Numbered from the stretch's first letter, positions 1 to 8,798 are shown. The stretch: 35,423 bases of DNA from a virus (IMGVR_UViG_3300033076_001273:1-35423), one strand, 5' to 3'. Notes: generated from the sequence alone by a model not told the origin. Program-made: numbers and translations.

Positions 1-2
1 TA

Positions 3-206
3 TATTCATCTGATCTTAAAAATGGAACTATACAACAAGATAGAGCGTTTGCAACTGATAAACAATTCACGGCACAAATTGAACCTACTGCAAAAGCAAT
101 AGCTGATGCTCATTTCGATATGTGGCATAATGGACTAAATACACGTAATAAAGCAGATGAATTTGGTAAATATGCAGAAGAAGACATTAAAAAATTAACA
201 AAGTAA
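3..206 (+). CDS. 3' end of a hypothetical protein (truncated by window start)
   Basis: Open frame YSSDLKNGTIQQDRAF...EEDIKKLTK* ends at TAA 204-206, 2 nt before the next ATG. Confidence 0.7.
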   Translation, partial: YSSDLKNGTIQQDRAFATDKQFTAQIEPTAKAIADAHFDMWHNGLNTRNKADEFGKYAEEDIKKLTK

Positions 207-208
207 TC

Positions 209-532
209 ATGAAATATATTAAAATATTTGAAGAATTCGTTAATGAAAGTTCCAAAGTAGACAAGAAAGATTTTGATAAAGTCGTAGATGCTGTTAAAAA
301 GTCTGGACAACCTGCAACAGTGTTGCTTGTAACAAAATGGAATGATATCGATATCATTGTAGGTATGGATTCTCCTGAATCAATTAGCAAAGAAATTTTG
401 AAGGAATTGGATAAATTAAATTTAAGTCGCGAAGTTCGTAACCGCGTTACAATTTCTGGAGATTCAACTAGCTATAGTAGAAGAGAATATGATGAGATTG
501 CTTCGATTAATGGTGGACACAGAGATTACTAA
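209..532 (+). CDS. putative capsid-internal protein with N-terminal MKYIKIFEEFVNE tag
   Basis: 107 aa ORF; N-terminal motif shared with six neighbours and resembling the T4 capsid-targeting sequence MKTYQEFIAE. Confidence 0.7.
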   Translation: MKYIKIFEEFVNESSKVDKKDFDKVVDAVKKSGQPATVLLVTKWNDIDIIVGMDSPESISKEILKELDKLNLSREVRNRVTISGDSTSYSRREYDEIASINGGHRDY

Positions 533-570
533 ATATAACGCTGATATCGCATAAAAAAATTATATAAGAT

Positions 571-894
571 ATGAAACACATAAAACTATTTGAAGAATTT
601 GTCAATGAAGGCAAAGAACTTTCACAAGAAGAATATAGAAAATATTATCCAATCCTTGGTCACAAAGGTGCAGGTTTAGAATTTAATTTCGATGGTCAAA
701 CTGTAGGTGGTTACGTTGTACCTAAATCTACTGACAATATCGAAGATCTAATTGCTAAAATCGAAAAGGCTTCTAAAAAGAAATTGACTGCAATTCCATT
801 TAATCAAGAAACAGGTACATTTGCATCAGGAGTTGGTAACGATAGCTGGATGAAAACAGGCACTGCAGTTAGATTGCAAATAGTAAAAAAATAA
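571..894 (+). CDS. putative capsid-internal protein (MKHIKLFEEFVNE tag)
   Basis: 107 aa ORF with the shared N-terminal tag and an unrelated body. Confidence 0.7.
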   Translation: MKHIKLFEEFVNEGKELSQEEYRKYYPILGHKGAGLEFNFDGQTVGGYVVPKSTDNIEDLIAKIEKASKKKLTAIPFNQETGTFASGVGNDSWMKTGTAVRLQIVKK

Positions 895-901
895 ATTGGT
901 C

Positions 902-1564
902 ATGAAGCACATCCAATTGTTTGAAGAATGGCACGCCATAAATGAAATAGGCGAAGGTGTTGCACCTTTTCCGTGGAAAAGAGTAGGTTCTATCAAAGTA
1001 GGTACTTGGATGTCTGATATGTCTAAGCATGAAAGAGGTAGTGCTACTGTAATGAATGAACTTCCTACGATAACTTACGAATTTAAGGGTGACAAAGCCG
1101 AATATGCCGTAAAAATTGTTGGATGGTATGAACAATACACTTACATTAATTTTGGAAGAAAACCAGATGCACCTAAACCACAAGACTATAATGTTTTTAT
1201 AGGTATTGCATTTGATATTAAAAAATCAGTAGAGACAGAACCTGGTAAGGAAGAAATCACAAACTTCGGTGAACAATTCAAAGTAGTATCTACGGTTGCT
1301 GCTATCACAGAAGAAGTTATGAAAGAACTACAACAAATTCAATGGATCAAGGTTCAAGAGATACACATAGTTCCTAAATTAGAAGATGCTGACGAAGGCA
1401 AACCAATTACACAAACTAAAAGAGGTCGCCTCTATTTGGAATACATAAAAAAACAGGGTAACAGACTTAAAGGTGATTGGACTGCTGATATTCAGAAAGA
1501 TCGATTTGTCATTAAAGCTGGAAAATGGAGCGGAGGCTCACCTGGTCAATTAATTCAATTATAA
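902..1564 (+). CDS. putative capsid-internal protein (MKHIQLFEEWHAINE tag)
   Basis: Start moved from 896 to ATG 902 so that the protein begins with the tag. Confidence 0.7.
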   Translation: MKHIQLFEEWHAINEIGEGVAPFPWKRVGSIKVGTWMSDMSKHERGSATVMNELPTITYEFKGDKAEYAVKIVGWYEQYTYINFGRKPDAPKPQDYNVFIGIAFDIKKSVETEPGKEEITNFGEQFKVVSTVAAITEEVMKELQQIQWIKVQEIHIVPKLEDADEGKPITQTKRGRLYLEYIKKQGNRLKGDWTADIQKDRFVIKAGKWSGGSPGQLIQL

Positions 1565-1566
1565 AC

Positions 1567-3075
1567 ATGAATACTAACTCTGACATAAATCGATTAGTTC
1601 AGTATCTTAAAGGTAAAAAGGTTTTGTTACTAACTACGTCTAATAGATGGGAGGGTTCCAAAGAAACGCCTAAATCTTCTAAATTAGCAGAGATGATTCA
1701 AGAAGAACTTGGCTCAAATTGCAATACGATCGATGTGTCTAAATTAAATATTCATCCATGTGAAGGTAACGTATCTACTGAAAAAGGCAATTCGTGCGGT
1801 TTAAAAGAGTCAATCTTAAAAGACAAAGAGAAGAATCCAAGTGGATGTCACAGATGTTGGGCCTCAATCAACAATCCAGATGACGAACTTTGGAAGGTAA
1901 GCAAACCTTTACTTGAATCGGAAGCTGTTGTGTTTTTAGGTTCTATCAGATGGGGTAGCATGAATGCCATATATCAAAAACTAATTGAACGTCTTAATTG
2001 GTTAGAAAACAGATGGACTACGCTTGGTGAAGATAATATCTTAGAGGGTAAATTAGCGGGTATAGTCATAACTGGCCACAATTGGAATGGTGAAGCTGAA
2101 ATGCAAAAGCAAAAGCAAGTACTTAAGTTTTATGGCTTTGATGTACCTGATGAAATTTCTTTTCACTGGCAATGGACTAATGACGCAAATGATGAAAGCG
2201 CTGAAGGTTACATCGAAGATCCAAAAGATTTTAAAGAAGAATATAAAACTATTGCAACTAAAACAGCTGAATCAATAAAAAACGAAATTAAAATGAAACA
2301 CATTAAACTATTCGAACAATTTGTAAAAGAATCAGGTTCTGAAGCCGCAGATTTCGCCTCTAAAATGGCTGATCTAGAAGATCAATTACAAAAAGAAAAT
2401 AAAACAGCTTGGACTAAATTTGAAAAAAGCTCAAGCAAATTCTGGGATGAAATCAATGCCAATTCTTGGGAAGCAGCATTTGAAGAAGATCCTAATGGAT
2501 GTATGTCATTTCAGGAAGAACTTGAAAGCCACTTAAAAGAAAACAATTCAACAGAACTTGATGAAGCTCTTAACGAACTTTCTATGAGTTCAGTTGGAGT
2601 TAGAGATTTTCTAAGAGCAGTGTACACTAATGCCGATGTTATCAAAAAATTAGGCTTTAGAAGTTTCAAAGATCTAGTTGGTTACATTAAGACAAATGAT
2701 CTTGAGGAATGGGACGAACTTAGAGACGAAGCTAAAGAATTAGGTATTGTCATTGCTGAATCAACTATCACAGAAGGTACTTTCTCACCAATCAATCAAT
2801 TAGCCAAAGACGAACAAGACGAAGGATTTGATGCTAAAATTTTTGTAGGTCATTTTGACGGCAGAACTTTTAAAGCTCAATCAACTAATAAAACATGGCC
2901 CGATGGAACTCCAGTTATGAAGAACTTCACAAGAGATGGTTTCAAAGATGTCAAGCTTAAAGGTGAATTTCAATTAGTGGATTCAGACCGAGGTTGGTGG
3001 TACATTCAAGGACCAGCAAGCACATGGTACGCAGTTAAACACAAAGATTACGGTACTCCACCGTTTGAATATTAA
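1567..3075 (+). CDS. flavodoxin-like / iron-sulfur flavoprotein (NADPH-dependent FMN reductase-like) domain fused in frame to a tagged internal-protein region
   Basis: KKVLLLTTSNR..S..LA, IHPCEGNVS..SCG..CHRCW, AVVFLGSIRWG..YQKLIERL, GKLAGIVITG; an in-frame MKHIKLFEQFVKE begins at 2293; start set at ATG 1567. Confidence 0.7.
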   Translation: MNTNSDINRLVQYLKGKKVLLLTTSNRWEGSKETPKSSKLAEMIQEELGSNCNTIDVSKLNIHPCEGNVSTEKGNSCGLKESILKDKEKNPSGCHRCWASINNPDDELWKVSKPLLESEAVVFLGSIRWGSMNAIYQKLIERLNWLENRWTTLGEDNILEGKLAGIVITGHNWNGEAEMQKQKQVLKFYGFDVPDEISFHWQWTNDANDESAEGYIEDPKDFKEEYKTIATKTAESIKNEIKMKHIKLFEQFVKESGSEAADFASKMADLEDQLQKENKTAWTKFEKSSSKFWDEINANSWEAAFEEDPNGCMSFQEELESHLKENNSTELDEALNELSMSSVGVRDFLRAVYTNADVIKKLGFRSFKDLVGYIKTNDLEEWDELRDEAKELGIVIAESTITEGTFSPINQLAKDEQDEGFDAKIFVGHFDGRTFKAQSTNKTWPDGTPVMKNFTRDGFKDVKLKGEFQLVDSDRGWWYIQGPASTWYAVKHKDYGTPPFEY

Positions 3076-3084
3076 GAATCAATC

Positions 3085-3858
3085 ATGAAGCACATCCAAC
3101 TGTTTGAAGAATTTATTAATGAGATAGAAACTGGTAAAGTTCTATTCGGTGAACCAAAGGGTTCAAGCTGGGATCCTAGATTTACAGACAGATGGAATGA
3201 TCTTAAGATACCTTTTGAACCAAACACAATGGACGAAAAGCAATTGCTTGATCTATTGAGAGCATGGATCACCAAAGAGGACAGAAATCCAAAATTAGGT
3301 GCTTTGTTAAAAGAATTACTTCCACTTAAAAAGAAGTTTCCAGTGGTCTTAGATCCTATCAAAGGTCGAGATGCTTACGATGGAACAAGTTTTTATCGTG
3401 GAACTCTTATACCTATCAAAGATGTCCTAAATCTTAAAGGTTGGTTTAAAAACAATTCAGTTGATTTTGATTACGGAGCCATTGAAACAAATGCACCGTA
3501 TACATGGACATCTATCACTAACAAAGGCTTTACGTCACTAACACCAGCAGCCGAAGTAGCAGACGGATTCGCAGCTGACTACATGAGCAAAAACGGCATG
3601 AAATGGGCTGATATTATCAATCGACTAGAAAGCGGATCAGGTATGATTCCAGTCATTATCAGAATCGAAGACACCCACCCAAATGCCATTATGAATCCAA
3701 AAATCATGAACGAAATAGGTGGCTTAGGAGAATACGAAGTCTTGCTAGTTGGTACAAAGACAAAAGTCAAATCTGTTATCGTACCAAACTGGGAATTCAT
3801 CGAAAAAGCTGCTGCTGAAGCGGGCGTTGATCTAAAAAAATACTTTAAAGGAATATGA
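3085..3858 (+). CDS. putative virion-packaged ADP-ribosyltransferase (R-S-E type) with capsid tag
   Basis: Tag MKHIQLFEEFINE, then FYRG, GFTSLT..AEVADGFA and GEYEVLLV in canonical ART order. Confidence 0.6.
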   Translation: MKHIQLFEEFINEIETGKVLFGEPKGSSWDPRFTDRWNDLKIPFEPNTMDEKQLLDLLRAWITKEDRNPKLGALLKELLPLKKKFPVVLDPIKGRDAYDGTSFYRGTLIPIKDVLNLKGWFKNNSVDFDYGAIETNAPYTWTSITNKGFTSLTPAAEVADGFAADYMSKNGMKWADIINRLESGSGMIPVIIRIEDTHPNAIMNPKIMNEIGGLGEYEVLLVGTKTKVKSVIVPNWEFIEKAAAEAGVDLKKYFKGI

Positions 3859-4151
3859 AACACGTAAAAATATACGAGGACTTCTTAACCGAGGCCGAAG
3901 ACGACAAAGTAACCTTAAACGTTACCATTTCAAACATAGACAAAGAGACAGCACAAGACTTCTTAAAGATGTTTGCATTCATGGAATACTGTGGCAACGT
4001 CGGAACTGCTAGAACCTTTAGAGGCTTTGTTGATGGTGATGGCCATTTTAGACCAAAAATCAATGTTGAAGGTCATGATCTAAAGAGCATCGATATGGGT
4101 CTGTCAGACGAAGACAAAGAAATCGACTTAGATCTAGATTTCGGCGCATAA
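3855..4151 (+). CDS. putative capsid-internal protein (MKHVKIYEDFLTE tag)
   Basis: 98 aa acidic ORF with a tag variant; ATGA overlap with the upstream stop. Confidence 0.65.
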   Translation: MKHVKIYEDFLTEAEDDKVTLNVTISNIDKETAQDFLKMFAFMEYCGNVGTARTFRGFVDGDGHFRPKINVEGHDLKSIDMGLSDEDKEIDLDLDFGA

Positions 4152-4165
4152 AAATAAATAATACC

Positions 4166-4687
4166 ATGAAACACATAAAACTATTTGAACAATTTGTATC
4201 TGAAGGCTACATGGATAACTTCAAAGAATACGAGAAAGAATTTAAGAAGCGTGGTCTAAAAAGACACAATGAAGGCTACAGTGGTGGTGGATACGAAGAC
4301 ATGTGGTATAAAGATTTTGAATTAGGTCGTTTTGTAGTTGGTTTCTGGGGAAATAATCTAGCGATGAATAACCCAAAGACACAATCAGAGTACCAAGAGT
4401 ATTACTACTCAGTTTTCTTTGAACCATTTCCAAAACACAAGACAAAACTATTTGGTTTGATTAAGACAAAAGATCGCCAATGGGGAAAACAAATCAACTT
4501 TACTGAAGGGCACGTTGATTTTTCAACAGGTCTTTTTGCGCTAGATGACAAAAAATTCATGAAAGATCTTTTCAAGATAGTAGATGAAGGTTTGGCTAAG
4601 TCGGCTGAAATAGCAAACGTAGAGTATCTTTCAGCAGAAGACAGTAAAAATTGGGCAAGACCAGCCATTGATGATATTAAACCATAA
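4166..4687 (+). CDS. putative capsid-internal protein (MKHIKLFEQFVSE tag)
   Basis: 173 aa ORF with tag; last gene before a terminator. Confidence 0.7.
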   Translation: MKHIKLFEQFVSEGYMDNFKEYEKEFKKRGLKRHNEGYSGGGYEDMWYKDFELGRFVVGFWGNNLAMNNPKTQSEYQEYYYSVFFEPFPKHKTKLFGLIKTKDRQWGKQINFTEGHVDFSTGLFALDDKKFMKDLFKIVDEGLAKSAEIANVEYLSAEDSKNWARPAIDDIKP

Positions 4688-4710
4688 AACTATCACAAGT
4701 CCTAAATTCT

Positions 4711-4738
4711 AGCCGGTCCCAAAAAGATCGGCTTTTTT
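4711..4738 (+). terminator. intrinsic terminator closing the internal-protein array
   Basis: AGCCGGTC-loop-GATCGGCT followed by a T-run. Confidence 0.8.
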
Positions 4739-4796
4739 ATGCGCGCCAACCCCAAAACCTGATAAATAAAAAAAACGCGCACAACTAGCAAATCTA

Positions 4797-4979
4797 ATGA
4801 AAACTATCAACGCAACCGAATGGACAAACTTTATAGACAAAGGGATAGTAACAGATACTAGAGTAATCCTGATAGGGAATAAAATAAAGCAAAACCAAAC
4901 CCTAACCAAGCAAGAAATATCCATGTACCAAGAGGCAAGCCAAAGGATAGAAAAGTACCTCAATTCCCCTAACCAATAA
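4797..4979 (+). CDS. small hypothetical protein
   Basis: 60 aa ATG ORF in A-rich, T-poor sequence; no recognisable motif. Confidence 0.45.
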   Translation: MKTINATEWTNFIDKGIVTDTRVILIGNKIKQNQTLTKQEISMYQEASQRIEKYLNSPNQ

Positions 4980-5289
4980 CGGGACACCAGAACCCACAGA
5001 GATTAGAAAGACCACACAAACCAGCAACTAGTCAGACAGACCAGATAGGGTACACCAACCCACTTTTTAAGCATTCAACCCAGCACAAACCCTTATTTAA
5101 AAGCTTTAAAGCCTAAATAGGCCCAATGGACGCTCCAACGCGCCCGCCCGCGGGGGGATATATAAATGCTTTGTGCATAAAAGTAGCAATCTCTTCTGGG
5201 CCAACTTAAACCGCACCGCGAACACACTCACACCACACTAGGTCCTCCAGGCCCTACAGTTCTCTACCTCCCCGCCGGGTCCAGACACC

Positions 5290-5322
5290 AAAAAAGCCTC
5301 AGGGGCTCAATCCTGAAGCTTT
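5290..5322 (-). terminator. intrinsic terminator for the minus-strand ATPase gene
   Basis: Minus strand AAAGCTTCAGGA-loop-CCCTGAGGCTTTTTT. Confidence 0.7.
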
Positions 5323-5376
5323 GGTCCCCTGACAGCAGCTCAATTCCGCCGGGGGTATAATTAAAACAGCAATGTG

Positions 5377-6486
5377 TTATTCAGCTGATGCCTCTGCTGG
5401 CTCTTGAGCGGGTTCAGAGGTCATCTTACCAAAGATCTTGTCAAAGGCATTCTCTTCGTGCTCTAGTCTTGCATTCTCTGAAGCTAGTTGCTCGTCTGCC
5501 CATAATTCTCTTGAGTATCTAGCTTCATCAAAGCTAACGCCAGATTTCATGTTGAAGAAGAGTTTCTTACCTACTGTCCCTACCCTGTTTTTAGAGAATT
5601 CTATAAAGCGTTGGTCTGAGTTCTCACCTCCTAGAAAGTCGATGTGCATCATACCCGTTGTCATGTGTTTAAGTTTGTTAGACCCGACGAATGAACCTCC
5701 TTTAGATAACTGTAGGATGGTGACAAAGGTTGTGTACTTCTTCAGATCGTTGTTGCCTTTGTTATGGTGATCCATTAGATCTAAGAACCATTTTTCGGCT
5801 TTACCGCGAGTCCATGAGCACTCTTCTTTAACAGTGTCGTTAACCTCAGTGTAAGAGTCAGTCAAGACTAAGTCCCAACCTTGGTTTAAGGTTTGCTCGA
5901 TTACCTCCGCCGGGTTAGAGTCAGCATAGTCACTCATGAAAAGGATCGGCATCTGACCCCAATGTGGGAAACGTTTAAGGTAACGGGCCATGTCCAAGCG
6001 ATTCATTTCAGCTGAGATGAAAAGAACCTTTTTGTCTTGGAATTTCTGTACTAGGTAAAGCATTTCAAGAAGGACAGTAGTCTTACCAACACCTGGTGCT
6101 CCTGCTGCCATTAAGTTAGTTCCTGGCATGAAACCTTCGTCGGTTGAAAGTAACTTATCAACTACTGTATTGGTCTTCATAGGGACAAAAAGACTGTCAT
6201 CTATGTTAAGATCATCCAACTTAACCAGGGATACGGTTACAGGTTTTTGAACTTTAGTTTCTCCGGCGGGAGTGGATGACTTTTTAGGTCCGTATGCACC
6301 GAAGTAATCCTGTGCAGATGACCAACGGGTAGCTGAGATGCTAACTACTCGTTTTTGTTTGCACTGGTCAGCAACCCATGCATATTTCGGGTGTTCTTGG
6401 TTGATTAAGATGGTTTGAGATGCATCTTCGATGTTTTCCAAGAAGAAGTTGTTGTTTTCGGTTTGGTGAGCTGTGTACTTTGTCAT
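5377..6486 (-). CDS. RadA/Sms-like RecA-superfamily ATPase (no Zn finger or Lon-like domain)
   Basis: VDKLLS..GFMPG, Walker A GAPGVGKTT, VLFISAEM, Walker B LVLTDS, K.GSFVGSNKLKHM, SKNRVG (KNRxG motif). Confidence 0.75.
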   Translation of the reverse strand: MTKYTAHQTENNNFFLENIEDASQTILINQEHPKYAWVADQCKQKRVVSISATRWSSAQDYFGAYGPKKSSTPAGETKVQKPVTVSLVKLDDLNIDDSLFVPMKTNTVVDKLLSTDEGFMPGTNLMAAGAPGVGKTTVLLEMLYLVQKFQDKKVLFISAEMNRLDMARYLKRFPHWGQMPILFMSDYADSNPAEVIEQTLNQGWDLVLTDSYTEVNDTVKEECSWTRGKAEKWFLDLMDHHNKGNNDLKKYTTFVTILQLSKGGSFVGSNKLKHMTTGMMHIDFLGGENSDQRFIEFSKNRVGTVGKKLFFNMKSGVSFDEARYSRELWADEQLASENARLEHEENAFDKIFGKMTSEPAQEPAEASAE

Positions 6487-6504
6487 ATTGAGCTGTTGTT
6501 TTTA

Positions 6505-6544
6505 ATTATATGTAAATATACGTGAAATCCGCGACAATAAAAAA
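6505..6544 (-). promoter_or_regulatory. class A (early-type) promoter
   Basis: Minus strand TTTTTATTGTC-N10-GTATATTTACATATAAT; repeated element. Confidence 0.7.
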
Positions 6545-6553
6545 TAATTGAGC

Positions 6554-6763
6554 TTATTTTTTAAAGAAGTTACGAACATTTTTAAAAGCCTCGCCGATTA
6601 AGACTCCGCCGGACAGGATAGCAAATCCACCAGAAATCGCGAATAAGGCCATTTCGTTAGCTACACCTTGGAAATGTACATGTTGTTGGATAAAACCAGT
6701 AACGGTACCTACTGCGATAGCAGCTGAGACTAAAAAGGCTAAAATGATCTGTGAGTTTTTCAT
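6554..6763 (-). CDS. small membrane protein (two hydrophobic segments)
   Basis: Start reassigned to MKNSQIILAFLVSAAIAVG, downstream of a class A promoter; the longer 6841 start runs through that promoter. Confidence 0.65.
   Translation of the reverse strand: MKNSQIILAFLVSAAIAVGTVTGFIQQHVHFQGVANEMALFAISGGFAILSGGVLIGEAFKNVRNFFKK
6569..6577 (-). promoter_or_regulatory. GTTCGTAAC box (copy 1)
   Basis: Identical 9-mer found upstream of several class A promoters. Confidence 0.6.
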
Positions 6764-6779
6764 GTTCTTTATCGTTATT

Positions 6780-6820
6780 GTTATACAGCTAATATACAAC
6801 AAATATTTGACAGTAAAAAA
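6780..6820 (-). promoter_or_regulatory. class A promoter
   Basis: Minus strand TTTTTTACTGTCAAATATTTGTTGTATATTAGCTGTATAAC. Confidence 0.7.
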
Positions 6821-6849
6821 CTTTTTAGCGATTATTTTCAAAAAAAAGC

Positions 6850-6877
6850 AAAAAAAAGCCGGACCAATGATCCGGCT
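6850..6877 (-). terminator. intrinsic terminator
   Basis: Minus strand AGCCGGA-loop-TCCGGCT plus T-run. Confidence 0.8.
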
Positions 6878-6897
6878 CTGGTTAAGGTTAGATTACC

Positions 6898-7128
6898 TTA
6901 AACTAGTTCAGTGTTCTCAGTACGGCCACGAGCGCGATCATAGGCACGATTTAAGATACGCTCATTACTATACTTACCTGAAATTACCTCAGATACGTAA
7001 GATGGACTGAATTCTGTTTCAATAGCAACAGCAGTTACATCTCCACGGCGTTTACGGTTGTTTACGATCGCCAATTTCTGAGTGTAGCTCATTTTACGGT
7101 AGCTACCACGTGAGTTAGAGTTTTGCAT
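6898..7128 (-). CDS. small basic helix-turn-helix DNA-binding protein
   Basis: GDVTAVAIETEFSPSYVSEVISGK fits an HTH pattern; Arg-rich; has its own promoter and terminator. Confidence 0.6.
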   Translation of the reverse strand: MQNSNSRGSYRKMSYTQKLAIVNNRKRRGDVTAVAIETEFSPSYVSEVISGKYSNERILNRAYDRARGRTENTELV

Positions 7129-7146
7129 ATATTTTTGTATTTAGAT

Positions 7147-7175
7147 GTTATACGAGCCAGATGAGGTTTGTTTCA
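7147..7175 (-). promoter_or_regulatory. class B promoter (TGAAAC-N17-TATAAC)
   Basis: Minus strand TGAAAC AAACCTCATCTGGCTCG TATAAC. Confidence 0.7.
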
Positions 7176-7176
7176 T

Positions 7177-7204
7177 AAAAAAAGCCGCTATAGCGGCTTT
7201 TTTT
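7177..7204. terminator. bidirectional intrinsic terminator
   Basis: A-run-GCCGCTATAGCGGC-T-run perfect palindrome. Confidence 0.85.
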
Positions 7205-7218
7205 AGTTTTCATAGTGA

Positions 7219-8349
7219 TTAGATCATGTCTGATCCGTTAAAGGTAGAGTCTAATGGTATATTAGCGAATGGGTTAACCATTTCAATAGCGTGGTCATGT
7301 TTCTTATCAAGGAAGTTACCAGCTTGAACCATCAATTTGGTACGGTTATGGTCAGCTACACCCTCGACGATGTCATGAGATGCAAAGTGAGTCATTGAGT
7401 TTACCAAAGACCAAATAGATTGGTTTGATTTGGCGTCAGCCATAGAGTGATTTTTAAAATCAATACCAGCAGATGCATAAGTACCGAAGTTTTCAGCCAA
7501 AGGTACCCAATTGCCAGCACGATCACCAGCACCAGCTTCTTTGATAATATTGTATGCTGAGTTCAATTCTCTCATTGAAGCTGGAGTCGCTTTAGCATTC
7601 AATACCTTAGTCTCAAACATGTGTGGCATATAATTGCGATTAGCCAAATCATTCATTTCAGACCAGAACTTTTCCATGGTCACTCCGCCTAATTCATGAA
7701 GCTTGTATGCTTCTTCAGCGAACTGCATTGTCAAACCATTAGTACACCATTGACGGTTAACATAAGGCATAACCCATAGACCTTTGTCAGGTGAGTTTTT
7801 CATAGTTAACCCGCCGGAGAAAGCTTCGTTAGCTAAACCGTTGATAGCAAATTCTGCGCGTGGGTTAAATGCGTTTACAGTAATTAAACCGCTATTAGGA
7901 TCAACTGACCAGTTAGTCACGTCCAAATTACCTTGGTTGACGATCATGTCAACAGTTTCAATGAAACGTTCGTTAGAGATAAAATCAGTTGGCTTCTTTA
8001 AGAAGCTAACAATCTTGCGAGAGATAGGATTCAATACCAAGGTAACCTCGCTCAAGTTACTTTTGTTGGTAGCCATTGCATTCTTCATTGAGTTAATGAA
8101 CTGCGCTTTAGCTTCAGGGGTGAATAACTCACCAAATTTGGTAGCGAACTGTTGGCTCATACCGATCAATCTTAGAAGGCTCTTAAGAGCGTCATCTGTG
8201 ATTTCTACTAAACGACCTTCGTAACGAATAGTCTTGTCGTCTACTAATTCAATGTCTCTAAAGGGCACCTGCTTACGTAGGTTTTGCGCGTTAAGAGTTT
8301 CTTTTTTCTTGTTTTCGATGGCTGCTGAGCCGAGAGTAATTACTGACAT
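7219..8349 (-). CDS. DUF932/DUF945-like phage protein
   Basis: RQWCTNG motif and C-terminal SIWSLVNSMTHFASH helix typical of DUF932-like proteins. Confidence 0.5.
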   Translation of the reverse strand: MSVITLGSAAIENKKKETLNAQNLRKQVPFRDIELVDDKTIRYEGRLVEITDDALKSLLRLIGMSQQFATKFGELFTPEAKAQFINSMKNAMATNKSNLSEVTLVLNPISRKIVSFLKKPTDFISNERFIETVDMIVNQGNLDVTNWSVDPNSGLITVNAFNPRAEFAINGLANEAFSGGLTMKNSPDKGLWVMPYVNRQWCTNGLTMQFAEEAYKLHELGGVTMEKFWSEMNDLANRNYMPHMFETKVLNAKATPASMRELNSAYNIIKEAGAGDRAGNWVPLAENFGTYASAGIDFKNHSMADAKSNQSIWSLVNSMTHFASHDIVEGVADHNRTKLMVQAGNFLDKKHDHAIEMVNPFANIPLDSTFNGSDMI

Positions 8350-8367
8350 ATTATATGTTATTTTTAG

Positions 8368-8466
8368 GTTATACTGAGATTATGTATTCTGTTTCAATTA
8401 TAGAGTAAATATACACGTTTCTGTTGACAATAAAAAATTTATTTAGCTAAAGTTACGAACAATTTT
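8368..8466 (-). promoter_or_regulatory. tandem class B promoter (8368-8396), class A promoter (8397-8437) and GTTCGTAAC box (8452-8460)
   Basis: TGAAAC-N17-TATAAC directly downstream of TTTTTATTGTCAA..GTATATTTACTCTATAAT. Confidence 0.7.
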
Positions 8467-8467
8467 A

Positions 8468-8707
8468 TTAACAAACAGCCTCACGAGCAATCTGATTAAT
8501 AGCTTGATCGTATGTCATACCTTGATAGAAGACGTAATCGCCGGTAGTACCTTGAGCTGTCCAATTATCAAAGGCATTACATAAGAGGCTTTGATATGTG
8601 TCCATTGAACCTCTCCAGTATTGACGTCCAGATTCAGTATTGGCTTCTTGCATTTTCTCACGAGCTTCAGCGTATTTTTGGATCAGGTATTCAGCGTTTG
8701 AAATCAT
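8468..8707 (-). CDS. hypothetical early protein
   Basis: 79 aa ATG ORF with its own class A promoter. Confidence 0.7.
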   Translation of the reverse strand: MISNAEYLIQKYAEAREKMQEANTESGRQYWRGSMDTYQSLLCNAFDNWTAQGTTGDYVFYQGMTYDQAINQIAREAVC

Positions 8708-8726
8708 TTTGTCTTGTTTTAAATTT

Positions 8727-8795
8727 GTTATATGTAAATATACACGTTATAATTGATAGTAGAAAGCTTTTTAGCTAAAAGTTACGAACAATTTT
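8727..8795 (-). promoter_or_regulatory. class A promoter with GTTCGTAAC box (8781-8789)
   Basis: Minus strand AAAATTGTTCGTAACTTTT...GTGTATATTTACATATAAC. Confidence 0.65.
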
Positions 8796-8798
8796 CGA

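Noticed and set aside
434-442. Seventh GTTCGTAAC copy
   Set aside because: Lies mid-gene without the A/T flanks or an adjacent promoter; probably chance
110-4987. Short antisense ORFs over the internal-protein array, and similar ones across the window
   Set aside because: They overlap well-supported opposite-strand genes or signals and show no motifs
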